Assembly: GCA_017864995.1 (NCBI GenBank)
Contig: GCA_017864995.1_4097.1
DNA from: a phage
Length of the DNA: 64,000 bases
Reading direction: 5' to 3' (one strand)
A program made the translations under genes and the position numbers. Positions 31,825 to 41,211 of this stretch are shown piece by piece; the first letter of the stretch is position 1; every line of letters starts with the position of its first letter. Under the pieces are notes generated by a model. That model did not search any database, was not told the origin of the DNA, and worked only from the letters and a program-made list of their open reading frames with translations.

Positions 31825-31860
31825 TAACTACATCAAAAAACAACTGCAACTGAGGATACT

Positions 31861-32523
31861 ATGTTAGTAAATCTTAATTTCATCACTTCTCCTGATTGGG
31901 CATTGCGTGGTGTTTCTTTGAACTTTAAAGAAACTAATTTCGACTACATTGGTGATTGTACTTTAGTTAATGCTACATTTGATCCTCATCATCCTTTTTG
32001 GGCTGAAATTCATGATCCTAATGTAAACAATAGTACATCTGTTATGACTATTGTACAGACGAAACATACAGGTATCCTCGCAGGTTATAGACCAGGACAT
32101 GCGATTGAACACTTCACTGATTATGATGTAGTAGATGAGTATCCAATGATCCATGAAGATGGAAGTTTATACACGTCAGAAGACTTCCGTGCTATCTTTA
32201 ATAGTACTGATGACATTCTACCAAGTGGTCGTCCACGCCCTGAGTCTTATCTTATGCACCCGTCTTATGGTGTAGCAGATACGCTTGAACAGATTTTGAC
32301 GAAGTACAAGAACCTTATTGAAGGTCCAGAAGAAATTGTCATGTGCTATCATCCAGTCCTGAAGTCTGACCAACCAGAGAGTGGTGGGTGGCGTTGGCAT
32401 AAGAATGGTGAGTACATCGGTACTAAGCGTAGTAAAGAACGCTTTGAGTACTTGTATGATGAGCCAGATGTTGAGGTTGTTTTATGTTATAATTTTCTTA
32501 AGGTGAAAAAGAAATGTATCTAG
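31861..32523 (+). CDS. hypothetical protein
   Basis: 220 aa ORF; SD GAGGA upstream. Confidence 0.7.
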   Translation: MLVNLNFITSPDWALRGVSLNFKETNFDYIGDCTLVNATFDPHHPFWAEIHDPNVNNSTSVMTIVQTKHTGILAGYRPGHAIEHFTDYDVVDEYPMIHEDGSLYTSEDFRAIFNSTDDILPSGRPRPESYLMHPSYGVADTLEQILTKYKNLIEGPEEIVMCYHPVLKSDQPESGGWRWHKNGEYIGTKRSKERFEYLYDEPDVEVVLCYNFLKVKKKCI

Positions 32524-32756
32524 TATTGAGTTTTGTAGTTGCATTATTGTTTATGTTCTACCCTACACTAGTAGCAGTAGCCACTAAACGAAAGCTGGTG
32601 GATATCACTACTGTATTCTTGCTAAACGTGGCACTCGTTCTAGTGTCTATTATCATTCCCGTGAGCTTTACGGTTATTGATATGGCATCTGTATTACTAT
32701 TCGTCTTCAGTTATCTTATGCTTATTGAAGAAAAACCTGTTGACAAACGTTTGTAG
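32514..32756 (+). CDS. small membrane protein
   Basis: 80 aa ORF with two hydrophobic segments. Confidence 0.5.
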   Translation: MYLVLSFVVALLFMFYPTLVAVATKRKLVDITTVFLLNVALVLVSIIIPVSFTVIDMASVLLFVFSYLMLIEEKPVDKRL

Positions 32757-32767
32757 TACTGTATAAT
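32740..32767 (+). promoter_or_regulatory. early promoter (TTGACA-16-TATAAT) with palindromic spacer
   Basis: ttgacaaacgtttgtagtactgtataatgg; spacer contains 12-bp palindrome acaaacgtttgt. Confidence 0.55.
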
Positions 32768-32814
32768 GGTTCTTGTAGTCTGAAACTTAACACTTAAACT
32801 TGAGGATATAAAAC

Positions 32815-33141
32815 ATGTTATCAGTTCTAATTTCAATTCCTGCTCTAATTCTGTTATGGGTTATGGTTTTCGAATTCTTCATTAAAGACGAAACCGAGCG
32901 TGATGAGTTTCGTGAGTTGTTTATGCTAGACTCACCTATTGCACGAATCTTCTTTGTTGTAGTACTTATTTCAGTACTGTCATGGTTAGTAAGTTTTGTA
33001 TTACCAATTGGACCATTTGTTTCAATTATGAATTTAGTTGAGAATATTGTTGGTATTGTGTGGTTTACTAATGCATTGTTTGCTGGTAAAGTTTCCATTT
33101 GGTTTGATATCTTGAAAGATAAACTAACTAGTAAGAAGTAA
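32815..33141 (+). CDS. polytopic membrane protein
   Basis: 108 aa ORF with 3 hydrophobic segments; SD GAGGA upstream. Confidence 0.6.
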   Translation: MLSVLISIPALILLWVMVFEFFIKDETERDEFRELFMLDSPIARIFFVVVLISVLSWLVSFVLPIGPFVSIMNLVENIVGIVWFTNALFAGKVSIWFDILKDKLTSKK

Positions 33142-33219
33142 CGTTCAAAAAGTCTCTAATAGTATTAAATACTTCTGTACAAATAATATGTGCAGAAGTA
33201 TTGCTCGTTAGAGGTTATA

Positions 33220-33585
33220 ATGAAAAAATATATAAGAATGATAATGGTGTTTGTAGTATTCATGCTTTATTCAAGGTTCAGTACAGCCGTACCTGCTTAC
33301 CTTGATTGTATGGGAAACGATGGAACATGGCATGTACTTTCTAATGACCCACAAAATGGAAACAATATTGTCGTAGATAATGAGGTTTACCGTTTCAGGG
33401 CCGAGAGTTTGATTGGGAATAAAAAGGTATCGACATATAAATCAGATGCTGGTATAATAGCAAATGTAATATTGATAGTGGACCCCAAGACAAAGGATGG
33501 GGATATTTACATAGTCATTTATCAAGATTCGTCGAACAAACGCGATCAGGATATTGATAAATTGAATATTCATTGTGAACTTTAA
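33220..33585 (+). CDS. small secreted protein (Cys-containing family)
   Basis: Track ORF 33190 trimmed to ATG 33220 (SD GAGG); signal-peptide-like N-terminus; VVDNEVYRF segment resembles YIDGEVYNF in 33976. Confidence 0.6.
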   Translation: MKKYIRMIMVFVVFMLYSRFSTAVPAYLDCMGNDGTWHVLSNDPQNGNNIVVDNEVYRFRAESLIGNKKVSTYKSDAGIIANVILIVDPKTKDGDIYIVIYQDSSNKRDQDIDKLNIHCEL

Positions 33586-33595
33586 GGTATAACAA

Positions 33596-33979
33596 ATGAT
33601 AAACGATGTAATGCTTTATGTATTAATTACTCCGATTCTTATTAACTCAGTAATAACTATTTCAATGGCATTATTTGGTATAGTAGCAATTGTTTATGCT
33701 GTTAGTACTGGGAAGTATACTTTAATTAGTAAGGTTGATTCATGGTTCGCATCTGATAGTGTACCATATTCAGCTAGTATGATTACGATTGGTATTCTAA
33801 TCGTTGCATTTACACTGCACTGTATTGGTTTTATTAATACAAGTATTTTTTCAGTTTTTATTGGTCTATCATTATATCCATCACTTTGGTACTTGATTTA
33901 TGTAATCGATGTTTGGTATAATAACTACAAGCAGTACAAAGTGAAGAAATCCATTTTATCCAAAGGAAACAAATCATGA
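33596..33979 (+). CDS. polytopic membrane protein
   Basis: 127 aa ORF with 4 hydrophobic segments. Confidence 0.6.
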   Translation: MINDVMLYVLITPILINSVITISMALFGIVAIVYAVSTGKYTLISKVDSWFASDSVPYSASMITIGILIVAFTLHCIGFINTSIFSVFIGLSLYPSLWYLIYVIDVWYNNYKQYKVKKSILSKGNKS

Positions 33980-34326
33980 AAGTAATTTTGTTTTTTGTTT
34001 GTATGATTATATGTGGTATGTCTTATGCAGAACCATTACCTGGACTAGTCTGTACTGAAGGTGATATTAAACACATTTACCAAGGTGATAGCGATGACCA
34101 TACTATCGTTTATATCGATGGTGAAGTGTATAATTTTGTTAAAGAACATACTGTAGGTGACATTAGTTTTACGCAGTACTCGAACGATACTGATCCCAAT
34201 ATGCTTGCATTTCTTCAAGTTGATGTATATGAAGAAAGTAATGGCGAACAGTATGTTAAACTTGTGATGATGCGTAAGGCAGCAAAACAGGCAACATTCG
34301 GTGGCTTGTGTAAATATGAGGACTAA
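33976..34326 (+). CDS. small secreted protein (Cys-containing family)
   Basis: 116 aa ORF; N-terminal signal-peptide-like MKVILFFVCMIICGMSYAEP. Confidence 0.6.
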   Translation: MKVILFFVCMIICGMSYAEPLPGLVCTEGDIKHIYQGDSDDHTIVYIDGEVYNFVKEHTVGDISFTQYSNDTDPNMLAFLQVDVYEESNGEQYVKLVMMRKAAKQATFGGLCKYED

Positions 34327-34330
34327 ACAT

Positions 34331-34522
34331 ATGTTGATTTATCAATGTGATAACATTCGTGTTATGCAGCATCCCTACTTACAAATCTTTGATGTGCAGC
34401 AGTATATGGAAGGTGATGATCCAAGAACCTATGGTCGTAAGTATGATTACTTCACTGTAAAGCAGTGTCATAACATCAAAGAAGTACGACAATTAGTTCA
34501 AGAACTTCAAAATAAAGGTTGA
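34331..34522 (+). CDS. hypothetical small protein
   Basis: Track ORF 34301 trimmed to ATG 34331 (SD GAGGA). Confidence 0.45.
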   Translation: MLIYQCDNIRVMQHPYLQIFDVQQYMEGDDPRTYGRKYDYFTVKQCHNIKEVRQLVQELQNKG

Positions 34523-34548
34523 CTTCGGTCAACCTTTTTTGTTATAAT
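34517..34548 (+). promoter_or_regulatory. terminator-promoter cassette (PeSL-like)
   Basis: Hairpin ggttgac-TTCG-gtcaacc with T-run; TTGACT inside the stem as -35, TATAAT 18 nt downstream. Confidence 0.7.
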
Positions 34549-34577
34549 TATTTCATCAACTACTGGGGATTTTAATT

Positions 34578-35018
34578 ATGTACGTATATCGTTTTGAACT
34601 TAAATTCAGTTATATTGAACCTAACTTAGATCCAGCAAAAACAGTAGGGCCGTTCGCACGGTACTCTTCACGATACAGTACGAAAAATGGATTTGACCGT
34701 TTGTGCATGACCACGCCTTCGCAATTCCAACCAGAACCAACTGAAGATGGAATCTATTCAATCAAACGTGGCTGGGCATTTGGCTGTCAGAGTTTGAATG
34801 ATTTGTTTAAGTTCTTTACTATGGACTTGGGTAAATTACATCGTGCAGGGTTTGCTGTATCAGTATATGAAGTTCCTGATAATCATGTTGACATTGGTCG
34901 TAGTCAGGTTCAGTACTATTGTGGTAGTGCCAATCTGGTTCGTATCATGTCAGTGAGAGAAGCAAAGGATGAGTACCGCCAAAGTAAAAGAGTAATACAT
35001 GAGGCTGTATATGGATAA
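34578..35018 (+). CDS. hypothetical protein
   Basis: 146 aa ORF downstream of cassette. Confidence 0.65.
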   Translation: MYVYRFELKFSYIEPNLDPAKTVGPFARYSSRYSTKNGFDRLCMTTPSQFQPEPTEDGIYSIKRGWAFGCQSLNDLFKFFTMDLGKLHRAGFAVSVYEVPDNHVDIGRSQVQYYCGSANLVRIMSVREAKDEYRQSKRVIHEAVYG

Positions 35019-35355
35019 GACTCAAATAGAATTAAAAAAATTTGTATCGTTTTATCTACCCAATGACCCACGTTGTACACAATATGATGTTGCATATTAC
35101 AATGCATTGACTACACAGTTAATGAAGAAATTCAAACAATGTTTGACTGTATTCAATGATGATGGTAGACGTAGATATAGAATCATTCCAATGAATGATG
35201 AAAACGATAACTACTTTGACTTTGATGTTGTTTTTAGAGCATACAGTGATGATAGAATAAAATTAAATTATGAGCAAATAATGCTTGACCTGAGTGTTAT
35301 CTGTGTTATAATTACTCACATAGCCGAACTTGATGGTTTAAAAGAATGGTATTAA
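35011..35355 (+). CDS. hypothetical protein
   Basis: Track ORF 34999 trimmed to ATG 35011 overlapping upstream stop. Confidence 0.55.
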   Translation: MDKTQIELKKFVSFYLPNDPRCTQYDVAYYNALTTQLMKKFKQCLTVFNDDGRRRYRIIPMNDENDNYFDFDVVFRAYSDDRIKLNYEQIMLDLSVICVIITHIAELDGLKEWY

Positions 35356-35369
35356 CTTAGAGGATAATC

Positions 35370-35636
35370 ATGAAGCTTAAATTACAATACAATGGTTTTA
35401 CTTTGCGTAACGACACTGAGTTTGTCAATCGTTCACCAGGTGCTGAGTTGTTTTTGCGAGAGATGAACATTCCTTTCGTCATCACTACTGTTGGTGACCG
35501 TGAAGTGCTACAATACGCAGAGCATCCAGTTATTGATGTTCCGTGGTATTCTGAGCATATGTATATGGATATGGCCCGTCGCTACGACTGTAAGTTCGTA
35601 GTTGAAGGTGATAAAATTACAGTCCAATTCAAATAA
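35370..35636 (+). CDS. hypothetical protein
   Basis: 88 aa ORF; SD GAGGA upstream. Confidence 0.6.
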   Translation: MKLKLQYNGFTLRNDTEFVNRSPGAELFLREMNIPFVITTVGDREVLQYAEHPVIDVPWYSEHMYMDMARRYDCKFVVEGDKITVQFK

Positions 35637-35647
35637 GGTAACTTAAA

Positions 35648-35941
35648 ATGATCAGTACTTCAGTAAATGCAAGCATCGTGGCAGACGTAGAAATGGTTAA
35701 AGAATGTACAGACGAAACCCTTCGCAACATGTACATCAATGATTTGATTTCAGAGTACGGAAGTCGTGGTGTTCATGAGTTTGTTCGCCTAAGCGGTGAA
35801 TTGATGAAGAATCGCATTCGTATGAAGCTTAATGTGCATCCAAAAGCATGGGCGTTTACAATGAAGTACGCTGAAGATATTGTTGAGTTGCGTCGCAATG
35901 ATGTGTATAATCGTTTACACAATGGTACATTAAAGGACTAA
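35648..35941 (+). CDS. hypothetical protein
   Basis: 97 aa ORF. Confidence 0.6.
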   Translation: MISTSVNASIVADVEMVKECTDETLRNMYINDLISEYGSRGVHEFVRLSGELMKNRIRMKLNVHPKAWAFTMKYAEDIVELRRNDVYNRLHNGTLKD

Positions 35942-35947
35942 ATTATA

Positions 35948-35978
35948 GGAATCCGTAAAAGGATTCCTGTTCTTGTTT
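35948..35978 (+). terminator. putative terminator
   Basis: Hairpin ggaatcc-gtaaaa-ggattcc followed by T-rich tract. Confidence 0.5.
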
Positions 35979-35991
35979 ATAAGGTAATAAA

Positions 35992-36216
35992 ATGAAATAT
36001 CTAGTACTAGTACTGCTATTCTTGAGTACTGTTGTATGTGCTAAACCAAAGTATCATGTAGTGTGTATCAACGAGATGGAAGGGTATACTGAAACATATA
36101 AGAACCATATTGTTGAAGTTGCAGCCCAAGGTTCCTATGGGACCATCATCTTCCTTAAGAACAATGTGATTGTTCAGTACAAAAAAGATTCAAATTGTAA
36201 AGTGACTAAAAATTGA
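35992..36216 (+). CDS. small secreted protein
   Basis: 74 aa ORF; signal-peptide-like N-terminus MKYLVLVLLFLSTVVCA. Confidence 0.55.
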   Translation: MKYLVLVLLFLSTVVCAKPKYHVVCINEMEGYTETYKNHIVEVAAQGSYGTIIFLKNNVIVQYKKDSNCKVTKN

Positions 36217-36232
36217 TCTAGATCAATTTTTC
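36211..36232 (+). terminator. putative terminator (perfect palindrome plus T-run)
   Basis: aattgatctagatcaatt followed by TTTT; overlaps stop codon of upstream gene. Confidence 0.5.
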
Positions 36233-36286
36233 AGATATTCTCTGTAAATAATAGCAGTACAGAACATTATTTTACGGAGGTGTAAT

Positions 36287-36523
36287 ATGGAAACTATAAT
36301 CATCATATGTGCGTTGTTTGCATTTTTGGTAATGTGGTCACCAACATTCATTGCATATAAAATGAAAAATAAAAATGCAGAAGCAATTATGTACGTAAAC
36401 TTATGTTGCATACTAACTTATGGAATACTTTTATTCTTTACTGAATTTACATTAATCCCAGTAGTAGTTTGTTCATCAATGTTTATTTGGTTGTTTCTGC
36501 TTTATGAATCTATTAAAAAATAA
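36287..36523 (+). CDS. small membrane protein
   Basis: 78 aa ORF with 2-3 hydrophobic segments; SD GGAGG upstream. Confidence 0.55.
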   Translation: METIIIICALFAFLVMWSPTFIAYKMKNKNAEAIMYVNLCCILTYGILLFFTEFTLIPVVVCSSMFIWLFLLYESIKK

Positions 36524-36577
36524 AAGATATAGGGTTGGTAATATGCCATCCCTTTTACTTTATGTGGGGTTTAATTA

Positions 36578-37150
36578 ATGAATAGAAAAGGTAAGTTCAA
36601 AGTATCAAAGAAGAACAAAAGTTCTAGATTTAGACCTATAACTTTAACTTTTAAGGCTAAAGAAGAATTAACTGCACTTAGTAAAAAGATAATTTCATCT
36701 AAGATTAAAGTATCATACGTAAATTCGGTAAAATTTCAGAAGGTTAAACCACAAGACAAACTCATTTCACTTATATTTAAACGTAATGATTTTGAGATAT
36801 TAGTAGATGATTATAGAGCCTATAATGCTGGATTCATTCATGTCACTTGTAATACCGAACTAACTGAGTTGGAACATTTGACATGTATCATAAGTGTAGA
36901 TAACGGTGTGGTGAAGTACAATTTTTTACATTTTACCAATATCAATAATGGAATGGGTGTACAATCCAGACCTATAGTACCTACATGTGATGTGACTAAT
37001 TTAGCAAAGCTCAATGAAGAAGAATATTTTCAAGAAAGCATTGTAACTGAGCATTTAGATGCTATAATAGCAACTTACAAAGAATGCATATGGGTTTTGA
37101 ATGCGATAAAGCCCAAATTGTGTTTAATGAATGTCGTTCGTGATTTATAA
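36578..37150 (+). CDS. hypothetical protein, F-Q motif family
   Basis: 190 aa ORF; contains NEEEYFQESIVTEH. Confidence 0.65.
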   Translation: MNRKGKFKVSKKNKSSRFRPITLTFKAKEELTALSKKIISSKIKVSYVNSVKFQKVKPQDKLISLIFKRNDFEILVDDYRAYNAGFIHVTCNTELTELEHLTCIISVDNGVVKYNFLHFTNINNGMGVQSRPIVPTCDVTNLAKLNEEEYFQESIVTEHLDAIIATYKECIWVLNAIKPKLCLMNVVRDL

Positions 37151-37163
37151 CTGGAGATGAAGT

Positions 37164-37607
37164 ATGGGTTGGATTAACGTTAATAGCATTGAGCTAAATG
37201 AGCAAGACATATTTGCCTTTGTTAATTTGGTAGAGAACATTGCTATTAAAGGTCGTCTGTTTAGTTCATCGGACGGTAAAAAATGGATCTCTCTTATGAA
37301 CGACAATGGCGAGATTTATGACGTTATGCAACTACCTCATTGGGCTTATAAGAATACATCTGATGATGTGATGGCTGCTGTTATGCGTGAGTTTGAGAAG
37401 CTGCCAGGTGGTGATATTAAGAACATCGTATTCAATGCAGAACGCATGAACTACACACCAGAGCAGCTTCAACAGTTGGCAATTGCTGCCTATCAAGCTG
37501 CCATTAAGAAACCTGAATGTGTGATATTAAAGTACACACCGAACTTGAAGTTAACACTAGAAGATATGGATTCCTTTATCTTCAGTTCAGAACTTAAACA
37601 GTACTGA
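37164..37607 (+). CDS. hypothetical protein
   Basis: 147 aa ORF; SD GGAG upstream. Confidence 0.65.
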   Translation: MGWINVNSIELNEQDIFAFVNLVENIAIKGRLFSSSDGKKWISLMNDNGEIYDVMQLPHWAYKNTSDDVMAAVMREFEKLPGGDIKNIVFNAERMNYTPEQLQQLAIAAYQAAIKKPECVILKYTPNLKLTLEDMDSFIFSSELKQY

Positions 37608-37614
37608 TTTGACT

Positions 37615-37644
37615 TTGGAACAACCATTTCATATGTGATATAAT
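37615..37644 (+). promoter_or_regulatory. possible promoter (weak -35, TATAAT -10)
   Basis: gatataat at about 37637 with TTGACT/TTGGAA upstream at non-ideal spacing. Confidence 0.3.
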
Positions 37645-37718
37645 CTTAAGTGTCTGTTGAAATAAACAGCACATGAAGTATAAATATTAAAGTAATTTAT
37701 CTCTTTAAGGAGTATGAA

Positions 37719-38102
37719 ATGGTTGATAAATGGAATAAGAAAGATCCATCGCATGATGTGGATATTTCTGGAATTGATAATGCACATAAGCATAAGTATC
37801 TTGATTCACTAGGTCTACTAAAGCCTGACCAAAGTCTTGCACATGATCGTCCTTCACGTGAAAAAGCTTTCAGTCTAGAATCACTAGGCCATGAATTGAA
37901 TCGTGTATTTGAAGATCATCCAATTTATGTACGTGATATCATTGAGAAACTTAAAGTGACTCCTAAAGAGCACTTCAAGGCAACAGTACACGCAGCATTC
38001 CGTGCACTACATGAAGCACTAAAGAAAACTCATAACCTTCGCAAGATTCATGATGACATCGTGAACTCTATTGAAGGCGAAAAACATAAGTTTAAAAAAT
38101 AA
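37719..38102 (+). CDS. hypothetical basic protein
   Basis: 127 aa ORF; shares Y-x-[DN]-SLGLL motif with the 503-aa protein at 38950. Confidence 0.6.
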   Translation: MVDKWNKKDPSHDVDISGIDNAHKHKYLDSLGLLKPDQSLAHDRPSREKAFSLESLGHELNRVFEDHPIYVRDIIEKLKVTPKEHFKATVHAAFRALHEALKKTHNLRKIHDDIVNSIEGEKHKFKK

Positions 38103-38108
38103 TTAAAA

Positions 38109-38142
38109 GGGGTTGACTTCAGTCAGCCCTTTGTCGTATAAT
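38109..38142 (+). promoter_or_regulatory. terminator-promoter cassette (PeSL-like)
   Basis: gggttgac-ttca-gtcagccc hairpin; TTGACT at 38113, TATAAT at 38137 (18-nt spacer). Confidence 0.65.
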
Positions 38143-38189
38143 ATTTTCATCAAGTGATACAAAATACAAACAACGTGAGGTATTAAATT

Positions 38190-38303
38190 ATGCAAGGTAC
38201 TAAATTCATCATCGCTGCCCTAATCGCTGCTGTTGTAGTGGGTACAGTATGTTATTCAATTGACACCTATATCAATACACCTAGTGTTGAACAAACCAAA
38301 TAA
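38190..38303 (+). CDS. hypothetical small membrane protein (37 aa)
   Basis: Not in track; MQGTKFIIAALIAAVVVGTVCY; SD GAGG upstream; weak. Confidence 0.35.
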   Translation: MQGTKFIIAALIAAVVVGTVCYSIDTYINTPSVEQTK

Positions 38304-38311
38304 GGGATATC

Positions 38312-38575
38312 ATGGCTGAAACATTATCACTATATGCGTTAGTACTGTTATTTGTCGGATTTCTTCCTGCACTCATTACAGCCATTCGTGTTGTTAAACA
38401 TGAAGCTGCATTGATTGTATGTAGTATTGGGTCGAACATTCTATTGTATTTCTTTTTGACAAATACTATTGTACTGTTTGCTTTCTTTATCATGATTCTG
38501 TGGGTACTTGTAATTCTCGGATTCTTCATTTGGTCATTGGTTGATCCTAAGAAAAAAACAGGAGAAGTGAAATGA
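38312..38575 (+). CDS. polytopic membrane protein
   Basis: 87 aa ORF with 3 hydrophobic segments. Confidence 0.55.
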   Translation: MAETLSLYALVLLFVGFLPALITAIRVVKHEAALIVCSIGSNILLYFFLTNTIVLFAFFIMILWVLVILGFFIWSLVDPKKKTGEVK

Positions 38576-38868
38576 AATTAATTATAGCAATGATGATGTG
38601 TTTGGCTTTCCCTGTACTGGCTACTCCTAATCTGGACTGCACACTGTTGCGTTCAGATGGTGACACACTTGAAATCAACACATATGAACTCTTTGGTCCA
38701 AGTGTAGTGGAGAATGAAACCACCTACAATTTCAAAGCTATTGACTTTGAAGGTAATGTTCCAGTACTAACTACAATGACTATTGACAAAACTACTTTAC
38801 TCGGACGAATCACCACACAACGTGGAGAAAGTAAAACATTCACAGCGAAAGCTGACTGTAACTACTAA
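38572..38868 (+). CDS. small secreted protein (Cys-containing family)
   Basis: 98 aa ORF; N-terminal signal-peptide-like MKLIIAMMMCLAFPVLATP. Confidence 0.6.
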   Translation: MKLIIAMMMCLAFPVLATPNLDCTLLRSDGDTLEINTYELFGPSVVENETTYNFKAIDFEGNVPVLTTMTIDKTTLLGRITTQRGESKTFTAKADCNY

Positions 38869-38890
38869 TGGTATAGTACAGTGAAAATAG

Positions 38891-38921
38891 GGTTGACTTC
38901 GGTCAACCTTTTCTTTATACT
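38891..38921 (+). promoter_or_regulatory. terminator-promoter cassette (PeSL-like)
   Basis: ggttgac-TTCG-gtcaacc hairpin with T-run; TTGACT at 38893, TATACT 17 nt downstream. Confidence 0.65.
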
Positions 38922-38949
38922 ATAAATATAGTCATAGAGAATAAACAAT

Positions 38950-40461
38950 ATGAAATCTATGGAGAGAAATCAAATGCCAGGTCAATTTACTGATAAAAAT
39001 GGCGGGAACATGGCAGGTCACTCTGATAAATGGAGTGAACGCAATCGTCGTCAAAATAGCTACCAAGCAGGACAGGGGTCACGTGGTTCACGTAATCAAG
39101 GGACAGGTTTAGCTGGTAAGGCAAACGCAGAAGCAGGTGAAGTTAAGAGTACTGAGAACATGACTGAGCTAGAAAAGCTACGTTATGTTAACTCATTAGG
39201 TCTTCTTAACGCAACACAGAAACAACGCCTTGCTGATATGGAACGTGCTGAGAAAGAACAAGCAGTTCCTAAAGAAGAACCAAAACCAGAAGCTCCTAAA
39301 GCAGCTAACCCTGTTAAAGAGTTATCTGATAACTTAGGTAAGATCTTTGCTAACAAACCACAGTTGATTCAGGGTATTGTCAAAGCACTACAGGCAGTTC
39401 CTAAAGAAGAACTCAAAGGTAAAGCACAAGCTGTACTTGATGCAATGAAAGGTAATAAGAGCACTGAACCCACTGAAGTATTCAGTACTATCATGCGTGC
39501 ACTTGAAGGTACACACAAAGAAGATTCCAAAGAACCTGAACAGGGTGAAGCAAGTCTTGATGGTATTCTTAAAACTTTTGATAGTATTGGTAAAGCAGAC
39601 CGTGCTAATGCCCAGCAAGTCAAGAATGTACTGGCTAAACTTGAAAACCGTTTAGAAGGTAAAGACGATAAGGTTAAGCTCGTATCAGATGCAGTTAACA
39701 GTGCACTTAAATCTTATGTACAAGGTGAGAAAAGTCGCTTCGTAACAGCTATGGATGCTGCATTCAACACTATGAAAAAGTATGAAGCAGAACATGGTGA
39801 GAAGGTAACACCAGATGGTTATCTACTACGTAAAGATGAAGAAGGTGCAGTTGAACAGAAAGATGTTGAGCCTGAGCAAGAAGATCTACCTGATACCGTT
39901 GATATGGATGGATACATTCATCGTCCTGAGATGGAAGAGTTTGGGTCAGATAAAGAAGGTTTTGAACATGCAATGGCAGTATATAAAGCATTAGTTAAAA
40001 ATCCAGATTATGCTAACCGTTTTGTTGACGAGTTTGATAGTGCATGGAATAACTACAAAGAGAAAGGTTATGACTTCCCTGCTGAAGCTGCATTCTTTGA
40101 ACTTGGTAAACTATTAGCTAAACATGGAATTGACGTTGGTTCATCTGATTCTGACGGTATGGAAGAAGAACATCTTGAAATGACTGATAAATCAATTCAT
40201 GAACTTCAAAAGTTAATGATGTGGATATCCGAGATTGGTAAAAAAGCAGGTGCTGATAGTAAAAGTATCAACAAAAATATTAGTTGGATTAAAGATAATG
40301 TTGGTAACAATGCTCGTAAACTTCAAAAGGCTTGGGCTGATTTAGTAAATGGTGCAGATGATGTTGACATTGAATCACCAGAAGCATATGAGTATGCACT
40401 AACTACACTTGATAACTCATTCAAAGAGTACGACCGTGGTGTTGGAAAGGATAAAAAATAA
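38950..40461 (+). CDS. hypothetical charged protein (503 aa)
   Basis: Long K/E/A-rich ORF flanked by cassettes; contains LRYVNSLGLL motif shared with 37719. Confidence 0.75.
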   Translation: MKSMERNQMPGQFTDKNGGNMAGHSDKWSERNRRQNSYQAGQGSRGSRNQGTGLAGKANAEAGEVKSTENMTELEKLRYVNSLGLLNATQKQRLADMERAEKEQAVPKEEPKPEAPKAANPVKELSDNLGKIFANKPQLIQGIVKALQAVPKEELKGKAQAVLDAMKGNKSTEPTEVFSTIMRALEGTHKEDSKEPEQGEASLDGILKTFDSIGKADRANAQQVKNVLAKLENRLEGKDDKVKLVSDAVNSALKSYVQGEKSRFVTAMDAAFNTMKKYEAEHGEKVTPDGYLLRKDEEGAVEQKDVEPEQEDLPDTVDMDGYIHRPEMEEFGSDKEGFEHAMAVYKALVKNPDYANRFVDEFDSAWNNYKEKGYDFPAEAAFFELGKLLAKHGIDVGSSDSDGMEEEHLEMTDKSIHELQKLMMWISEIGKKAGADSKSINKNISWIKDNVGNNARKLQKAWADLVNGADDVDIESPEAYEYALTTLDNSFKEYDRGVGKDKK

Positions 40462-40470
40462 ACATTTAAA

Positions 40471-40503
40471 AGGTTGACTTCGGTCAACCTTTTTTTGTAA
40501 ATA
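40471..40503 (+). promoter_or_regulatory. terminator-promoter cassette (PeSL-like, weak -10)
   Basis: aggttgac-TTCG-gtcaacct hairpin with TTTTTTT; -10-like TAAATA. Confidence 0.55.
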
Positions 40504-40532
40504 TTGTAGAGGGTTTTATAAGAGGTAATGCA

Positions 40533-40784
40533 ATGTTTAAATATGTTTTATTTTCACTTGTATTGTTTACTGATATAGTTTATAGTACTGAATACCAGTG
40601 CTCCATTGCTAGACAGGAGTTTAGAAACGGTGAGTTCTATACCAAGTCTTACACTAGAGGATTGGTACATGACAATAATAAAACTATAGGGTTCAATGCA
40701 TTTGATAACAAAGATCGATATACGTCTGGAATACTATCTGAACGTAAGTCGGATATACTAGGTATCGAGCGTGAATTCCGGTGA
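40533..40784 (+). CDS. small secreted protein (Cys-containing family)
   Basis: 83 aa ORF; signal-peptide-like N-terminus. Confidence 0.55.
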   Translation: MFKYVLFSLVLFTDIVYSTEYQCSIARQEFRNGEFYTKSYTRGLVHDNNKTIGFNAFDNKDRYTSGILSERKSDILGIEREFR

Positions 40785-40794
40785 CACGGTTGCA

Positions 40795-41145
40795 ATGTGT
40801 AATGATATTGAGAGTACTAAGAAAGTATATACTAATGGTGAAAATACTTTTAGATTCCACAATCTTACTACCAATGAAAGTTTATACTTCTACAACTGTA
40901 AAGAGTTCATTAAACCTGTGGATAACTCATGTGATATGCCGGAGCCAAAAACTGCTGTATGTGAGGAACCACAATCTAAAGCTGACAAAGATTCAAAAGA
41001 TAAGAAAGACAAAGCTGACAAATCGGATAAAAAAGAAAACAAAAAGAAAGCTAAAGATGATAAAGATAAAAAGTCCCCTAAGCCAAATCCATTTGAAAAG
41101 CCAAAGAATGAAAAGCCAAAACCAGACATGACATGTAAAATATAA
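40795..41145 (+). CDS. hypothetical protein with K/D-rich low-complexity tail
   Basis: Track ORF 40771 trimmed to ATG 40795; C-terminal KADKDSKDKKDKADKSDKKENKKKAKDDKDKK. Confidence 0.5.
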   Translation: MCNDIESTKKVYTNGENTFRFHNLTTNESLYFYNCKEFIKPVDNSCDMPEPKTAVCEEPQSKADKDSKDKKDKADKSDKKENKKKAKDDKDKKSPKPNPFEKPKNEKPKPDMTCKI

Positions 41146-41152
41146 AAGAAAA

Positions 41153-41185
41153 GGGTTGACTTCGGTCGGCCCTTTTTGCTATAAT
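41153..41185 (+). promoter_or_regulatory. terminator-promoter cassette (PeSL-like)
   Basis: gggttgac-TTCG-gtcggccc, TTTTT, TATAAT at 41180, conserved leader catttcatcaactactggagg. Confidence 0.7.
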
Positions 41186-41211
41186 CATTTCATCAACTAC
41201 TGGAGGCAAAC

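Noticed and set aside
38950-40461. Tail fibre, tape-measure or other structural assignment for the 503-aa charged protein
   Set aside because: Composition (K/E/A-rich, low complexity) and early-region context give no specific support.
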